Shown one piece after another: positions 1-10,512 of a stretch of 55,521 nucleotides of DNA; the stretch's first letter is position 1, and every line of letters starts with the position of its first letter. The stretch covers positions 1 to 55,521 of the forward strand of contig NZ_CALEMX010000207.1 of NCBI RefSeq assembly GCF_937910335.1. Reading direction: 5' to 3'. Origin of the DNA: an uncultured Gimesia sp. (GTDB lineage Bacteria; Planctomycetota; Planctomycetia; Planctomycetales; Planctomycetaceae). Below the pieces are notes generated by a model that saw nothing but the letters and a program-made list of their open reading frames with translations, was not told where the DNA came from and searched no databases. The translations under genes and the position numbers were made by a program.

Positions 1-51
1 AATTTCCGGGCTTAATGGCGATACCGCTAGATTTCATTTCCGGACACCCTG
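1..51. mobile_element. Probable terminus of an insertion sequence at a CTAG site (family uncertain)
   Basis: On the minus strand the FG-GAP gene reads ...GMACEDLRLA, then departs from the expected DLDGDG-type repeat at CTAG (52-55). It continues as CAGGGTGTCCGGAAATGAAA..., resembling an IS terminal inverted repeat, and lies at the window edge. Confidence 0.5.
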
Positions 52-1147
52 CTAGTCGCAGGTCTTCGCAGGCCATGCCGTTTTCGTCGATCCAGGCTGA
101 CTTCCAGGTTTTGCCGGAAGAATCAGTGGACCAATAAATTTTGACACCCACTTTCTGATCTTTATTGGGAGTACGCCAACCCGCGACGATTTCCTGGAAC
201 CCGTTTCCGAATAGATTTGCGGTCGCAATGGCATGGCCGGCTTTGATATTGTCATCGAGAACTTTTCGGCTCAGAATTGAGGTTCGCTGCGATAGTAAAT
301 CCGGTTTGTGGTGATCCGCCTGATATAAAACCAGCTTGTCGCCGTGCAGGGGTTCAATGGTTGCGATGAATCGTGCGGTGGGATCCAGGCGTCCCATGCG
401 AATTTCTCCACTTCCTTCAATCAGAGGAAGGGATTCTGTTTTCCATTGTCCCTTGTCGTAGGAAAGCAGCATGGCCCCTTCACGGCCCGCGTATAGAATT
501 TCTTCGGCTTCTGTGTTTGGATTCCATTGCGCTGGATCGAGATTGTGCGTTACATGCAGCGTGTCGTCGATTACGGTTTGCTTCCATTTCTCTTGCGGAT
601 TATTCGGTTTTTCATAGGCGATCAGTTTTACTCCGGCGCCTTCCCCTTTCTTATTACCCTTGCCATGTAGCGGAGAGACGACAAGTGCAAAACGATTTTT
701 CGCCAGTTTGACCCAACGCATGCGATGGATGACTGGTTGGTTCGGGAGTTGGATTGCTTTCCAGAGTTGCCTGCGATCGGCGGGAGGAACCAGATAAAAG
801 ACGGCACCGGAATTCAGGGTATCGCCGGGATTCCATTGTCCGCCGACCGCGATTTCCACTTTTCCATCGCCGTTAATATCGCGGGCTGCTATGCAGACGT
901 TATCTCTTTCGGTCAAATTTTCGGCGATGACATGTTTTTTCCAACTGGGATTCTGATACCAGACGAATTCTTTTTTGTCTGCCAGGATGACATCCGGTTT
1001 TCCATCGCCGTCCACATCACCGATGGCCGTACCGTAGCCGATTTCGACGGTGTCATCGATTGTTTGCGCTTTGAAAACTGGTTTGTGTTCCGCGGCAAAA
1101 CAAACCGTCGTAGAACAGAGGCAGGTCAGGAATAGAAAACGTATCAT
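52..1147 (-). CDS. Secreted FG-GAP/VCBS-repeat beta-propeller protein, apparently interrupted near its C-terminus
   Basis: Absent from the ORF track because there is no stop in the window. Manual translation from ATG 1147 gives MIRFLFLTCLCSTTVCFAAEHKP (signal peptide), GDVDGDGKPD, ARDINGDGKVE and GHAIATANLFGNG repeats; both ends are in the same frame. Confidence 0.85.
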
Positions 1148-1314
1148 CGGGTGGACCTTATGTCGGCAGGAGGGAAACGGTCGATCGATCTTGTCATTAT
1201 TAGAATTGGAGCCGATCAGACGCGGGAATGCAAGGATTTCATGGATTGAACGTACGAAAGCAAATCAATCAGAGGGTACGCGTAAACTCGAAAGAGTGAA
1301 TGCGATGAGTATTC

Positions 1315-2754
1315 TCAGCCAAACAGTTTTTTAACGGGCGAGCCGCCATTGTTGATTGGCACTGGTCGATTGAGAGAATCGGGCAGCATCAGACCCGGGT
1401 CGATGCCCATTGCCCAGTAAATCGTGGCTGCCAGATCTTCAGGGCTTACAGGGTGCTCAACTGGTTTCGAAGCGTGACGGTCGGAGCGTCCATAAGTGGT
1501 GCCCCCCTGCACTCCTGCACCGGCAATCAATGCCGGGAAGAGTTGGCTCCAATGGCCACGACCCCATGTGCTGTTTGGTTTGGGGGTACGTCCCATTTCT
1601 CCCATTGCGATGACGAGTGTTTCATCGAGGAGTCCCCGCTGATCCAGGTCTGATAATAAAGCGGCACAGCCCTGGTCGAACGTGGGTAGCAGGTGATGTT
1701 GTACATCATCACTGTTTCGGTGTGAGTCCCAACTGTAACCGTCTACGCAATCATAGTGCACGGTGACAAATTTGACTCCGGTTTCGACGAGTCTGCGTGC
1801 CATCAGGCAGGATTGGCCAAACAAATGGCGTCCGTATTGATCTCGAAGCTGATCTGGTTCTTTTTTGATATCGAGTGCATTACGGGTATTGTCTGATGTC
1901 AACAGTGCTAAAGCACGTTGACGAAATTGATCAAAGATCTCTGAATCTGCTTTCTCAAAATTCCGTTTCATACTGTCAAAGTGTTTCAGCAGTGAAATGC
2001 GGCGTCGGATTGTTTTGAGTGGGACTTCTGGTGCCAGTCCTTCGATTTGAAAGTCTAATTCTTCATCGGTACAGTTACGCCAATAAGGATTATCGTTTGA
2101 GTCCCGTTGATCAACGGTTGTTGTGAGTGGGTTAAATTCTTGACCCAGCCAGCCCGCATATTCACCGGGACGCATATAACGGCCCCCGGCCTGCAGTCGC
2201 CCGAGGCGATTGGGGACCACCGAATAGTTCGGCAGATCGCGTTCTAAACCGCCGGGCGCATGTTGTGTCAGATATTCGACGACCGAGCCCATCGATGGCC
2301 AGTCTTTGGGTGTTGCATCGAATCCACCGCCAATGGGAAGATGCCAGCGATTTCCGGTTTGAATATAATGGCCGCCACCACTGTGGTCGTTAAATGAATG
2401 CGTCATGCTGCGTATGACTGAAAATTTGTCGGAGACATTTGCTAAATGTGGGAGGTGTTCGCTGATGAGCAGCCCGGGGGTGCGGCAGTCTATTGATTGA
2501 AAGGGGCCGCGAATTTCACTGGGAGCCTCTGGTTTGAGATCGAACGTTTCGAGCTGGCTTGGTCCGCCAAACAGAAATAGAAAGATGACCGATTTGGCAC
2601 GTCCGCCCTGGAAGGGATCAGTCAGCTGTTGTTGTTCTGCCTGCATGACTTTGGGCAGGGTTAATCCAAGTAGACCCGCGCCTCCGGTTGTGAGCAGTTC
2701 CCTTCGCGAGATTCCGGCGCCCGTTCGGCGTGGATGATTCAGAATCGAAAACAT
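1315..2754 (-). CDS. DUF1501 domain protein (Tat-type signal)
   Basis: SRRELL twin-arginine leader; GGPSQLETFDLKP, ARRLVETGV, WDSH, GEMGRTP and SPEDLAATIY motifs. Confidence 0.9.
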   Translation of the reverse strand: MFSILNHPRRTGAGISRRELLTTGGAGLLGLTLPKVMQAEQQQLTDPFQGGRAKSVIFLFLFGGPSQLETFDLKPEAPSEIRGPFQSIDCRTPGLLISEHLPHLANVSDKFSVIRSMTHSFNDHSGGGHYIQTGNRWHLPIGGGFDATPKDWPSMGSVVEYLTQHAPGGLERDLPNYSVVPNRLGRLQAGGRYMRPGEYAGWLGQEFNPLTTTVDQRDSNDNPYWRNCTDEELDFQIEGLAPEVPLKTIRRRISLLKHFDSMKRNFEKADSEIFDQFRQRALALLTSDNTRNALDIKKEPDQLRDQYGRHLFGQSCLMARRLVETGVKFVTVHYDCVDGYSWDSHRNSDDVQHHLLPTFDQGCAALLSDLDQRGLLDETLVIAMGEMGRTPKPNSTWGRGHWSQLFPALIAGAGVQGGTTYGRSDRHASKPVEHPVSPEDLAATIYWAMGIDPGLMLPDSLNRPVPINNGGSPVKKLFG

Positions 2755-3049
2755 GGGAAAGTCCTTTCGCTGGCTTCAGTCTGGCACGTTTTTAACGTTC
2801 TCTGCAGCTCATTTAGAATGTCAGGTGGGGGATGCGTACATTCAGCCGCCTATTCTAGCAATTGATCGGTTCTCTGTCTCTATGATATGTAGTTTTTTTT
2901 ATATGTTTTCAAAGGAGTCTAAAAAAGAGCCATGCGCGGTGGGTTTTGCTGAAAAGATTGGTTACAGTTGATGCAGGCTCTCTTTGAATTTGAGGGAGTG
3001 GCTCCATGCACGATTTATTTTCATCTTTGAACTTCAGGAGACTTAACGA

Positions 3050-4549
3050 ATGTGTTGTATACGAAATCAGGCGGTATTGCTTTGTTTGGTCACGTTGAGT
3101 TTCAGTTTCCTGTGTGGAACCTCTTCAACGCAAGCGGAAGACTGGGCTCAGTTCCGCGGCCCGAATTGCTCGGGGGTTTCGACTGCTAAGAACAAGTTGC
3201 CCGCTGAATTCACCGATCAGAAAAATGTAATCTGGTCTGCCAAACTGGGTGATGGCATTGGCTGTCCGGTAGTGGCTGCCGGGCGTGTGTTTACATCCGG
3301 CATGGTGGGCAAAGACAAGGTTGCCCTGTATGCGTATGACGCGAAGACGGGAACGAAATTGTGGGAACGAATCTGGAAGACCGGGGAATTGTTGGAGATT
3401 CATGGCACAAACAGCTTCGCTGCGACGACACCAGCGGCGGATGACGAACGGGTTTATTTTTACTTCAGTACGCTGGGTATGCTGGCCGTCGATGCGGAAA
3501 CCGGAGCCGACGTATGGGAGAAGAAACTTCCTGTCCCTTATTTTGTATTCAAGTGGGGCGCGGGTATGTCTCCCACACTTTATAAAGATCTCGTGTTGTT
3601 CTGTCAGGACGATGACCTGGCGCCTGCCTTTTATGCATTCAATAAAAAGACAGGAAAAATTGTCTGGAAAGATGACCGTAGCGATCAAGCGGTGAACTAT
3701 TCGCATCCCGTGATTTGCGAGACTGATCAAGGTGATGAGATTGTTGTTGCGGGAACCGGTACATTGATCGGCTATGATCCTAAAACAGGCAAACGGCTCT
3801 GGAGCGCCCGTACGCTGTTACGCAATATTAAAACTACCCCCGTGAGTCGCGATGGCATTATTTATGTGGCTTTGCAGAGTGGAGGCATCGCCAATCAGTG
3901 GCTGGCATCCATCGACCGCTGGGAAACGGGCAACAGTGATGGCAAGGTGACCAAAAAAGAAATTCAAGCATTTGTCGGCAAGGTGAAAGTACCCGAAGCC
4001 TTTTACAAAAAAACCTTTGATCGCGGCGACTTGAATAAAGATGGATTTCTGGAAGGTAAAGAACTGGACATTGCATTTTTGCCACCCGGTAACGAAGCGG
4101 GCGCGAAGTTCGGTGAAGAACCAGCGCAGCAGTTTATTATGGCTGTTAAAGGGGGAGGCCGTGGCGATGTAACTAAGACACACTTACTTTGGAAACATCC
4201 TACCAAACATACCGACCATATCGTCTCACCACTGGTCACCGAAGATCGGATGTTGCTCGTTAAAGGGGGCGGAATTTCTACCTGCTTTGAAGTCGGGAAA
4301 GGCAAAAAACTCTGGGGCCCCAAACGGATTCAAAACGAAAGTGAATACTTCGCCTCTCCCATCTATGGCGATGGAAAAATTTATGTCGCCGGCGAGAACG
4401 GTAAGATCGTTGTGCTGGAAGATGGGCCTGAGCAGAAAATTCTCGCGAAGAATGATATGGGTGATTCCATTCTGGGAACTCCCGCGATTGCCGACGGTCG
4501 AATTTTCGTTCGAACGCGTAGCAAGTTAATCTGTGTGGGCGAGAAGTAG
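3050..4549 (+). CDS. PQQ-like beta-propeller repeat protein with EF-hand-like insert
   Basis: Signal peptide, DWAQFRGP start, repeated D.KTG..LW motifs, DLNKDGFLEGKE loop, TPAIADGRIFVRT C-terminus. Confidence 0.88.
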   Translation: MCCIRNQAVLLCLVTLSFSFLCGTSSTQAEDWAQFRGPNCSGVSTAKNKLPAEFTDQKNVIWSAKLGDGIGCPVVAAGRVFTSGMVGKDKVALYAYDAKTGTKLWERIWKTGELLEIHGTNSFAATTPAADDERVYFYFSTLGMLAVDAETGADVWEKKLPVPYFVFKWGAGMSPTLYKDLVLFCQDDDLAPAFYAFNKKTGKIVWKDDRSDQAVNYSHPVICETDQGDEIVVAGTGTLIGYDPKTGKRLWSARTLLRNIKTTPVSRDGIIYVALQSGGIANQWLASIDRWETGNSDGKVTKKEIQAFVGKVKVPEAFYKKTFDRGDLNKDGFLEGKELDIAFLPPGNEAGAKFGEEPAQQFIMAVKGGGRGDVTKTHLLWKHPTKHTDHIVSPLVTEDRMLLVKGGGISTCFEVGKGKKLWGPKRIQNESEYFASPIYGDGKIYVAGENGKIVVLEDGPEQKILAKNDMGDSILGTPAIADGRIFVRTRSKLICVGEK

Positions 4550-5832
4550 TGACCGGACCGGAGAAATTGAAGGCGAAAACAGAAAACAGAGGCTCTCTGT
4601 TTTTCTGTTTTCCCTTCGTCAAAGTTATTGTGATCATGTTGGTTCTTGGCATGAAATCAGTGATGTCTGCCGAAGGCAATGCGCCGAAGCCCGTGCTGGT
4701 GCATTATATGCCCTGGTACGCGTCCAAGCCTGTCAGTGATGTTTGGGGCTGGCATTGGACGATGGGCCATTTCGATCCGGCGCAGGTCGGGAGTGATGGT
4801 CAGCGTGCAGTGGCATCACACGATTATCCGCTGATTGGTCTTTACGATTCCAATGATCCCGATGTGCTGGAATGTCATGTGCTGCTGATAAAGCTGGCTG
4901 GTATCAATGGGGTGGTGATCGACTGGTACGGCATCGATCGGTTTCGCGATTATGCTGAAAATCATCGGAACACGCAGCACCTGATCAAGTATATCAAACA
5001 GGCGGGGCTCAAGTTTGCGATCTGTTATGAAGATCAGACCGTCAAGCATATGGTTGAGAATAAAGTCCTGAAGAAAGAAGAAGCGGTCGCTCAGGGGAAA
5101 AAAGTTTTCAAATGGCTTGACGAGCATTGGTTTCAGGATGATGCGTATGTGAAAATTGCAGGGCAACCTGTATTGCTCGTCTTTGGTCCGCAATACTTTA
5201 AAAAGGATCAATGGAGCGAGATGAAAATCGGATTGTCAAACCCTCCCTTGCTCTATGGTCTGCCTCATCTTGCAAAACCGGTGGGAGCAGACGGGATGTT
5301 CGGCTGGCCTCCTGTCTCGGATGGTCAGGCTGTGGCTCCCGCGATCTGGAAAAAGTACCTCCGTGATCTTTATTCCCGAGCGCCGGACGAGTCGGTCATT
5401 GCAGCCGCTTTTCCTGGTTTTCATGACATTTACCAGGAAGCGAAACTACATAAGAGTTATGGATCGATTGCGGCACGGGATGGAAAAACGTTAAAGGAGA
5501 CGCTTGAGTTAGCGGAACAGAGCCAAGCGGCGTTGATACAAATCGCGACCTGGAATGATTATGGCGAAGGGACTGTCATCGAACCTGTCAGAAAACGCGG
5601 CTATCAGTATCTCGAAATCGTTCAGAAATTTATGCAGTCACGTTCGGAGGATGCTGTTGCTTTCCGTGCAGAAGATTTACGGCTTCCGGTGAAATTGTAT
5701 GCACTGAAGAAGCAGTACCAGAATGATACGCAGGCCATGTCAAACTTGAAGCGAGCAACCGATCTCCTGTTCAGCGGCAAATGTGATGCGGCACGCAGCA
5801 TTCTGGAAACCTATCCGGCAAAGGGCCGTTGA
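4549..5832 (+). CDS. Glycoside hydrolase family 99/71-like protein (start uncertain, possibly 4630/4636)
   Basis: VHYMPWY, YPLIGLYDSND, AGINGVVIDWYG and IATWNDYGEGT motifs of GH99-like TIM barrels. Confidence 0.8.
   Translation: MTGPEKLKAKTENRGSLFFCFPFVKVIVIMLVLGMKSVMSAEGNAPKPVLVHYMPWYASKPVSDVWGWHWTMGHFDPAQVGSDGQRAVASHDYPLIGLYDSNDPDVLECHVLLIKLAGINGVVIDWYGIDRFRDYAENHRNTQHLIKYIKQAGLKFAICYEDQTVKHMVENKVLKKEEAVAQGKKVFKWLDEHWFQDDAYVKIAGQPVLLVFGPQYFKKDQWSEMKIGLSNPPLLYGLPHLAKPVGADGMFGWPPVSDGQAVAPAIWKKYLRDLYSRAPDESVIAAAFPGFHDIYQEAKLHKSYGSIAARDGKTLKETLELAEQSQAALIQIATWNDYGEGTVIEPVRKRGYQYLEIVQKFMQSRSEDAVAFRAEDLRLPVKLYALKKQYQNDTQAMSNLKRATDLLFSGKCDAARSILETYPAKGR
4569..4617 (+). terminator. Long hairpin just after the PQQ gene stop (possible terminator or attenuator)
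   Basis: GAAGGCGAAAACAGAAAACAGAG-GCT-CTCTGTTTTTCTGTTTTCCCTTC, an imperfect stem of about 22 bp. Confidence 0.5.
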
Positions 5833-5921
5833 ACTGTTTTCTTGCCTGAAAATTGGTAAAGTGTCTCTTACGAAGATTGACTCATAATCAATTCCATTTC
5901 TCTGTGAAAGGTTTTCATCAA

Positions 5922-6989
5922 ATGACTGTTCCCTCTGAGACGTTCACTTTTCAACTTTCGGATAAGGCGCGAAGTATATTGTGTCTGGCGTTGGTGTTGA
6001 TCTGCTCCACTTTGAATGCGGGCGAACCCACGCGCCCTGTTCCGTTGATCTTCGATACCGATATTGGCAATGACGTTGATGATGTGTTGGCGTTAGGTAT
6101 GATTCATTCACTGGAGGCCCGCGGCGATTGCAAATTACTGGCAGTCACGATTACGAAAGATAATCCATTGGCTGCCTCTTTTACTGATGCCGTGAATACG
6201 TTTTACGGAAAAGGTGAAATTCCGATTGGCATCTGTCGTAGTGGAGTCACGCCAGCCACCGGGAAGTTTATTGGTCTGGCGACGAAAAAAGATAACGGCC
6301 AATTACGTTATCCGCATGATCTGAAAGATACAAAGTCGATACCCGATGCAGTCACCGTTTTGCGTCGGGCGCTGGCAGATGCGAAAGATGGTTCTGTAGT
6401 GATTGCGCAGGTCGGATTTTCGACTAATCTGGCGAACCTACTCAAATCTCCCGGAGATAAAATTAGCTCTCTATCCGGCAAAGAACTGGTCGAGAAGAAG
6501 GTCAAGCTGCTATCGATTATGGCGGGCGCGTTCACGAAAATTCCCAGTAAGGGAAAAATGGTCGATCATCGAGAGTATAATATCGTGAAAGATATTCCGT
6601 CTGCGAAGACGCTGGCTGCGAAATGGCCGACGCCCGTAGTCTGGAGCGGCTTTGAAATCGGACTCTCGGCGGCTTATCCTCATGAGAGTATCGAAGAGGA
6701 TTATAATTACACGCCGCATCATCCTTTGGCTGAGGCTTATATACTTTATAACCCCCCGCCCCATGATCGTCCGACCTGGGATCTAACGAGTGTGCTCTAT
6801 GCCGTCTTTCCGCATCGTGGATATTTCGATCTTTCGGATTCGGGCGATGTCAGCGTCAAAGAAAATGGACTGACCACATTCAAAAAAAGTGATCAAGGCC
6901 GACACCGTTATTTAAAGCTGAATGATTTACAGCGGAAACGGCTCGTTGAAGCGCTGGTACAGCTTTCCAGCCAACCTCCCGCGAAATAG
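5922..6989 (+). CDS. Inosine/uridine-preferring nucleoside hydrolase family protein, probably exported
   Basis: IFDTDIGNDVDD Ca/ribose-binding motif, EYNI and DRPTWD; hydrophobic signal-like segment ending LNA-GEP. Confidence 0.88.
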   Translation: MTVPSETFTFQLSDKARSILCLALVLICSTLNAGEPTRPVPLIFDTDIGNDVDDVLALGMIHSLEARGDCKLLAVTITKDNPLAASFTDAVNTFYGKGEIPIGICRSGVTPATGKFIGLATKKDNGQLRYPHDLKDTKSIPDAVTVLRRALADAKDGSVVIAQVGFSTNLANLLKSPGDKISSLSGKELVEKKVKLLSIMAGAFTKIPSKGKMVDHREYNIVKDIPSAKTLAAKWPTPVVWSGFEIGLSAAYPHESIEEDYNYTPHHPLAEAYILYNPPPHDRPTWDLTSVLYAVFPHRGYFDLSDSGDVSVKENGLTTFKKSDQGRHRYLKLNDLQRKRLVEALVQLSSQPPAK

Positions 6990-7005
6990 AAGCGGATGTT
7001 TGACG

Positions 7006-7971
7006 ATGAATAAAACACAATCACCGAAGATAACCGTGTTGGGTTCGATTAATATGGATTTGATGATCCGTACAGAGAATTTGCCACTCCCTGGTGAGAC
7101 GGTGATCGCGTTGTCCAAAGTGGAGAATCCGGGAGGTAAAGGTGCGAATCAAGCGGTGGCCGCGGCGCGGATGGGCGCGGAAGTCACTATGGTCGGTTGT
7201 GTGGGTGATGACAGTTTCGCCGATTTGCTGTTGCAGAATCTTCAGGACGAAGAGATTGATACATCACATGTCGTGCGTCGCGATAAGAGGGCCAGTGGCG
7301 TGGCGGTTGTGATGGTGGAAGCGAGCGGCGAGAACGCGATTCTGGTTGTTCCCGGTGCGAATGGTCTGGTAAGCCTGTCAGAGATCGAACAGGCGAAAGA
7401 AACGATTCGCGAAAGTGATATCCTGTTGATGCAACTCGAAGTTCCACAGGATATCGTCATCGCGGCGACGAAAGTCGCGCTGGAAGCGGGCGTGCCTGTA
7501 ATACTTGACCCTGCCCCTGTTCCGGTAAATACTTCGGAAAACGTTCAAAGTGAATTGCTGCACGTCGATTTGATATGTCCTAATCAGTCCGAGGCAGCGG
7601 GGTTACTTGGCAAGCCGATAGATACGATTGATGATGCGGTTGCGTTGATCAGGGAACTTACTTTACTAGGTTCAAAGCGGGCGATAATTACGCTGGCGGA
7701 ACAAGGGGCTGTCGTGTTTGATGGAGAGACGGTTCAGACGATTCCCGCCTTTTGCATAGATGTTGTCGATTCGACTGCGGCCGGTGATGCCTTTGCTGCG
7801 GGATTGGCCGTGAGGCTGGCGGAGAAGGCAGATTTGATTGACGCGGTCCGTTTTGCATCGGCAGCGGGTGCCTTGGCAGCATCGGACAATGGTGCGCAGT
7901 CGGCGATGCCATCACGAATACAAATTGAAACACTTTTAGAGCAACAAAAACAGGAGCGCCCCGATGAATAA
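7006..7971 (+). CDS. rbsK: Ribokinase
   Basis: GSINMD, GGKGANQAVA, PNQSE and DSTAAGDAF PfkB motifs; operon context. Confidence 0.93.
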   Translation: MNKTQSPKITVLGSINMDLMIRTENLPLPGETVIALSKVENPGGKGANQAVAAARMGAEVTMVGCVGDDSFADLLLQNLQDEEIDTSHVVRRDKRASGVAVVMVEASGENAILVVPGANGLVSLSEIEQAKETIRESDILLMQLEVPQDIVIAATKVALEAGVPVILDPAPVPVNTSENVQSELLHVDLICPNQSEAAGLLGKPIDTIDDAVALIRELTLLGSKRAIITLAEQGAVVFDGETVQTIPAFCIDVVDSTAAGDAFAAGLAVRLAEKADLIDAVRFASAAGALAASDNGAQSAMPSRIQIETLLEQQKQERPDE

Positions 7972-8950
7972 ATCTAAGGCCCATTTTATCTACTTTTGCC
8001 TGCTGGCTTTCTGTTTTATGTTGACAGGTTGCTCATCTGATTCAGAGCAGACGAAATCGAAAACCGCTGCGAATTCTGAAAACAAAAAAAAGCCAAAAGT
8101 GGCATTGATCATGAAATCGCTAGCGAATGATTTTTTTTCGTCGATGGCGGAAGGCGCCAAAGCACATCAGCAGAAGAATGAGGCTACGTATGAGCTTGTT
8201 GTGAACGGGATTAAGGACGAACGGGATCTCAGTCGTCAGGTAGCGCTGGTTGAAGAAATGGTGGCGAACGGCGTGGATGCGATTGTGATAGCTCCTGCGG
8301 ATTCGAAAGCGCTGGTGCCTGCGCTGCGTCGGGCGCGGGAAGCGGGTGTGGTGGTTATTAACATCGATAACAAACTGGATTCGGAAATCTTGAAAGTAGA
8401 AAAGATATCGATTCCCTTCGTCGGGCCTGATAATCAGGCGGGTGCTAAAAAAGTGGGTGCGTTTCTGGCTACGAAATTGAAAGCGGGCGATGAAGTGGTT
8501 GTGTTGGAAGGCATTCGGACTTCTTTTAACGGCACTCAGCGGCGGCTTGGATTTGAAGCGGCGATGAAAGAGGCCGGGATCAAAATTGTGGACAGCCAGT
8601 CGGCACAGTGGGAAATGAGCATGGCGAATACCCTGGCACTGTCGATGCTGAGCGAGCACCCGAACGTCAAAGCCGTTCTGGCGGCGAATGACAGCATGGC
8701 GCTGGGGGCGTTGGCAGCGGTTAAAAATAACGGCAAGAGCGGAGAGGTGGCGGTGGTCGGATTCGATAACATTGCTGCCGTCCAGCAGGCGATTCGAGAC
8801 GGGCAGATTCTGGCGACCGCTGATCAGCATGGAGGGGAGCTGGCGGTTTTTGGAATTGAACACGCATTACGTTTGATCAAAGATCCGGACGCGAAAATTG
8901 AAGACCGCGAAACACCCGTCGATCTGGTTACCGCTGAGGTTCTGAAATGA
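7964..8950 (+). CDS. rbsB: Sugar (ribose-type) ABC transporter substrate-binding lipoprotein
   Basis: Lipobox LTGC; KSLANDFF, VGPDN and ANDSMALGA motifs. Confidence 0.85.
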   Translation: MNKSKAHFIYFCLLAFCFMLTGCSSDSEQTKSKTAANSENKKKPKVALIMKSLANDFFSSMAEGAKAHQQKNEATYELVVNGIKDERDLSRQVALVEEMVANGVDAIVIAPADSKALVPALRRAREAGVVVINIDNKLDSEILKVEKISIPFVGPDNQAGAKKVGAFLATKLKAGDEVVVLEGIRTSFNGTQRRLGFEAAMKEAGIKIVDSQSAQWEMSMANTLALSMLSEHPNVKAVLAANDSMALGALAAVKNNGKSGEVAVVGFDNIAAVQQAIRDGQILATADQHGGELAVFGIEHALRLIKDPDAKIEDRETPVDLVTAEVLK

Positions 8951-10512
8951 ATGACGCTGCTCGAACGCTACGGTTCACGGCTCATAATCTGTGTAAGGAT
9001 TACGTTGTACGGGTTTTGGATGGTGTGCAGTTTGAGCTACGGGCGGGTGAGATTCACGCGTTGCTGGGTGCGAATGGTGCGGGGAAAAGTACGTTGTGTC
9101 GCATAATCTCTGGTCTGACTCCCGCGACTTCAGGCAGGATGACATTAAACGGAGTGACTTACGATCCTCGGGATAAGCGGTTTGCGGAATCGCTGGGTGT
9201 GCAGATTGTGCAGCAGGAACTGAATCTGATACCGACGCTAACCGTCGCAGAAAATCTGCTGCTGGGTCGCTATCCAGAGCGATGGGGAATTATAGATCGC
9301 AAGTTGCTGCATGCGCAGGCACGCTTGGCGCTGGATCAGTTTGGTTTACATGAGATTCACGTCGATCAAATTGTGGGCAGTCTGGGTGTTGGTCAACAAC
9401 AGATGTTAGAAATCGCAGCGGCTCTGGATCGCAATTGTGAATTATTGATTCTGGACGAACCGACGGCGGCGCTGAGTGCCGGGGAAACAGAGCGGCTGTT
9501 TGCGCGGCTGGATGAACTTCGCCAACAGGGAGTCGGTATTATTTATATCAGTCATCGACTGGATGAAATCGCGAAGATTGCAGATCGTCTGACGGTATTG
9601 CGGGATGGAAAGTATGTTAGCACGCATGCGGTAGCGGAGTTTCAGCCGATCGAAGGGGTGATTGATCTCATGTCGGGCGAAGCACAAGCGGCGGCACATG
9701 CGAATCAGAATCATCATTCTTATACGACCGAGCGGACGATGATTCGTGTGGCGGACATGAGCCGAGATGAGGTGGTGCAGGATGTCAGTTTTTCGGTTCA
9801 GGCGGGAGAGCGTTACGGGATCGCCGGGCTGGTGGGATCGGGGCGTACGGAATTGTTGAGGCTTATCTTCGGAGCTGATCGGTTAGACGGTGGAGAGATC
9901 TTTTTACGGGGTGCAACCAAACCGGTACGATTTCGTCATCCGCATGAAGCGGTCAAAGCGGGGCTGGCGATGGTGACGGAAGATCGCAAGCAGAACGGGT
10001 TGCTGCTTTCCCAGTCGATTCGTGTGAATACAACGCTCTCGAGCATGGAGTTGTTAACGCGCGCTGAGGGCATCGGCATTATCAATTTGCGTCGGGAAAG
10101 GGAACTTGTCGAAGCAGAGCGGGAAATGATGCAGATACATTCGCGTGATATCGAACAGAGTGTGGATACGCTGAGTGGAGGCAATCAACAAAAAGTGGCG
10201 GTGGCGAAGTGGTTGTTGAAAGGGGCTGACGTATTTCTGTTCGATGAACCCACGCGCGGCATTGATGTGGCGGCGCGTCGGAAAATTCATCAACTGTTTG
10301 ACAATCTTGCGGAAGAAGGCAAGGCATTGATTATTGTGAGCAGTGACCTGGAAGAACTGTTCGAAACCTGCGACCGGATCGGTGTGATGTCGGCGGGCAA
10401 TTTGGTTTCAGAATACACTCGCGCGACATGGTCTTATGAGACGATCATGCAGGACTGCTTTTCAGGATACACTCAACATGAGACAAACACAGTTTCAGGA
10501 GCAACCGTATGA
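8947..10512 (+). CDS. rbsA: Sugar ABC transporter ATP-binding protein (two ABC domains)
   Basis: GANGAGKST, LDEPT, LSGGNQQK, DEPTRGID. Confidence 0.9.
   Translation: MNDAARTLRFTAHNLCKDYVVRVLDGVQFELRAGEIHALLGANGAGKSTLCRIISGLTPATSGRMTLNGVTYDPRDKRFAESLGVQIVQQELNLIPTLTVAENLLLGRYPERWGIIDRKLLHAQARLALDQFGLHEIHVDQIVGSLGVGQQQMLEIAAALDRNCELLILDEPTAALSAGETERLFARLDELRQQGVGIIYISHRLDEIAKIADRLTVLRDGKYVSTHAVAEFQPIEGVIDLMSGEAQAAAHANQNHHSYTTERTMIRVADMSRDEVVQDVSFSVQAGERYGIAGLVGSGRTELLRLIFGADRLDGGEIFLRGATKPVRFRHPHEAVKAGLAMVTEDRKQNGLLLSQSIRVNTTLSSMELLTRAEGIGIINLRRERELVEAEREMMQIHSRDIEQSVDTLSGGNQQKVAVAKWLLKGADVFLFDEPTRGIDVAARRKIHQLFDNLAEEGKALIIVSSDLEELFETCDRIGVMSAGNLVSEYTRATWSYETIMQDCFSGYTQHETNTVSGATV

Noticed and set aside
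373-1334. + strand ORFs at 373, 725 and 1050
   Set aside because: They overlap the real minus-strand FG-GAP gene (52-1147) that the ORF track missed.
8120-8863. 247-aa minus-strand ORF, and the many similar 60-200 aa overlapping ORFs throughout the window
   Set aside because: These are antisense or alternate-frame shadows of well-supported genes, with no motifs.
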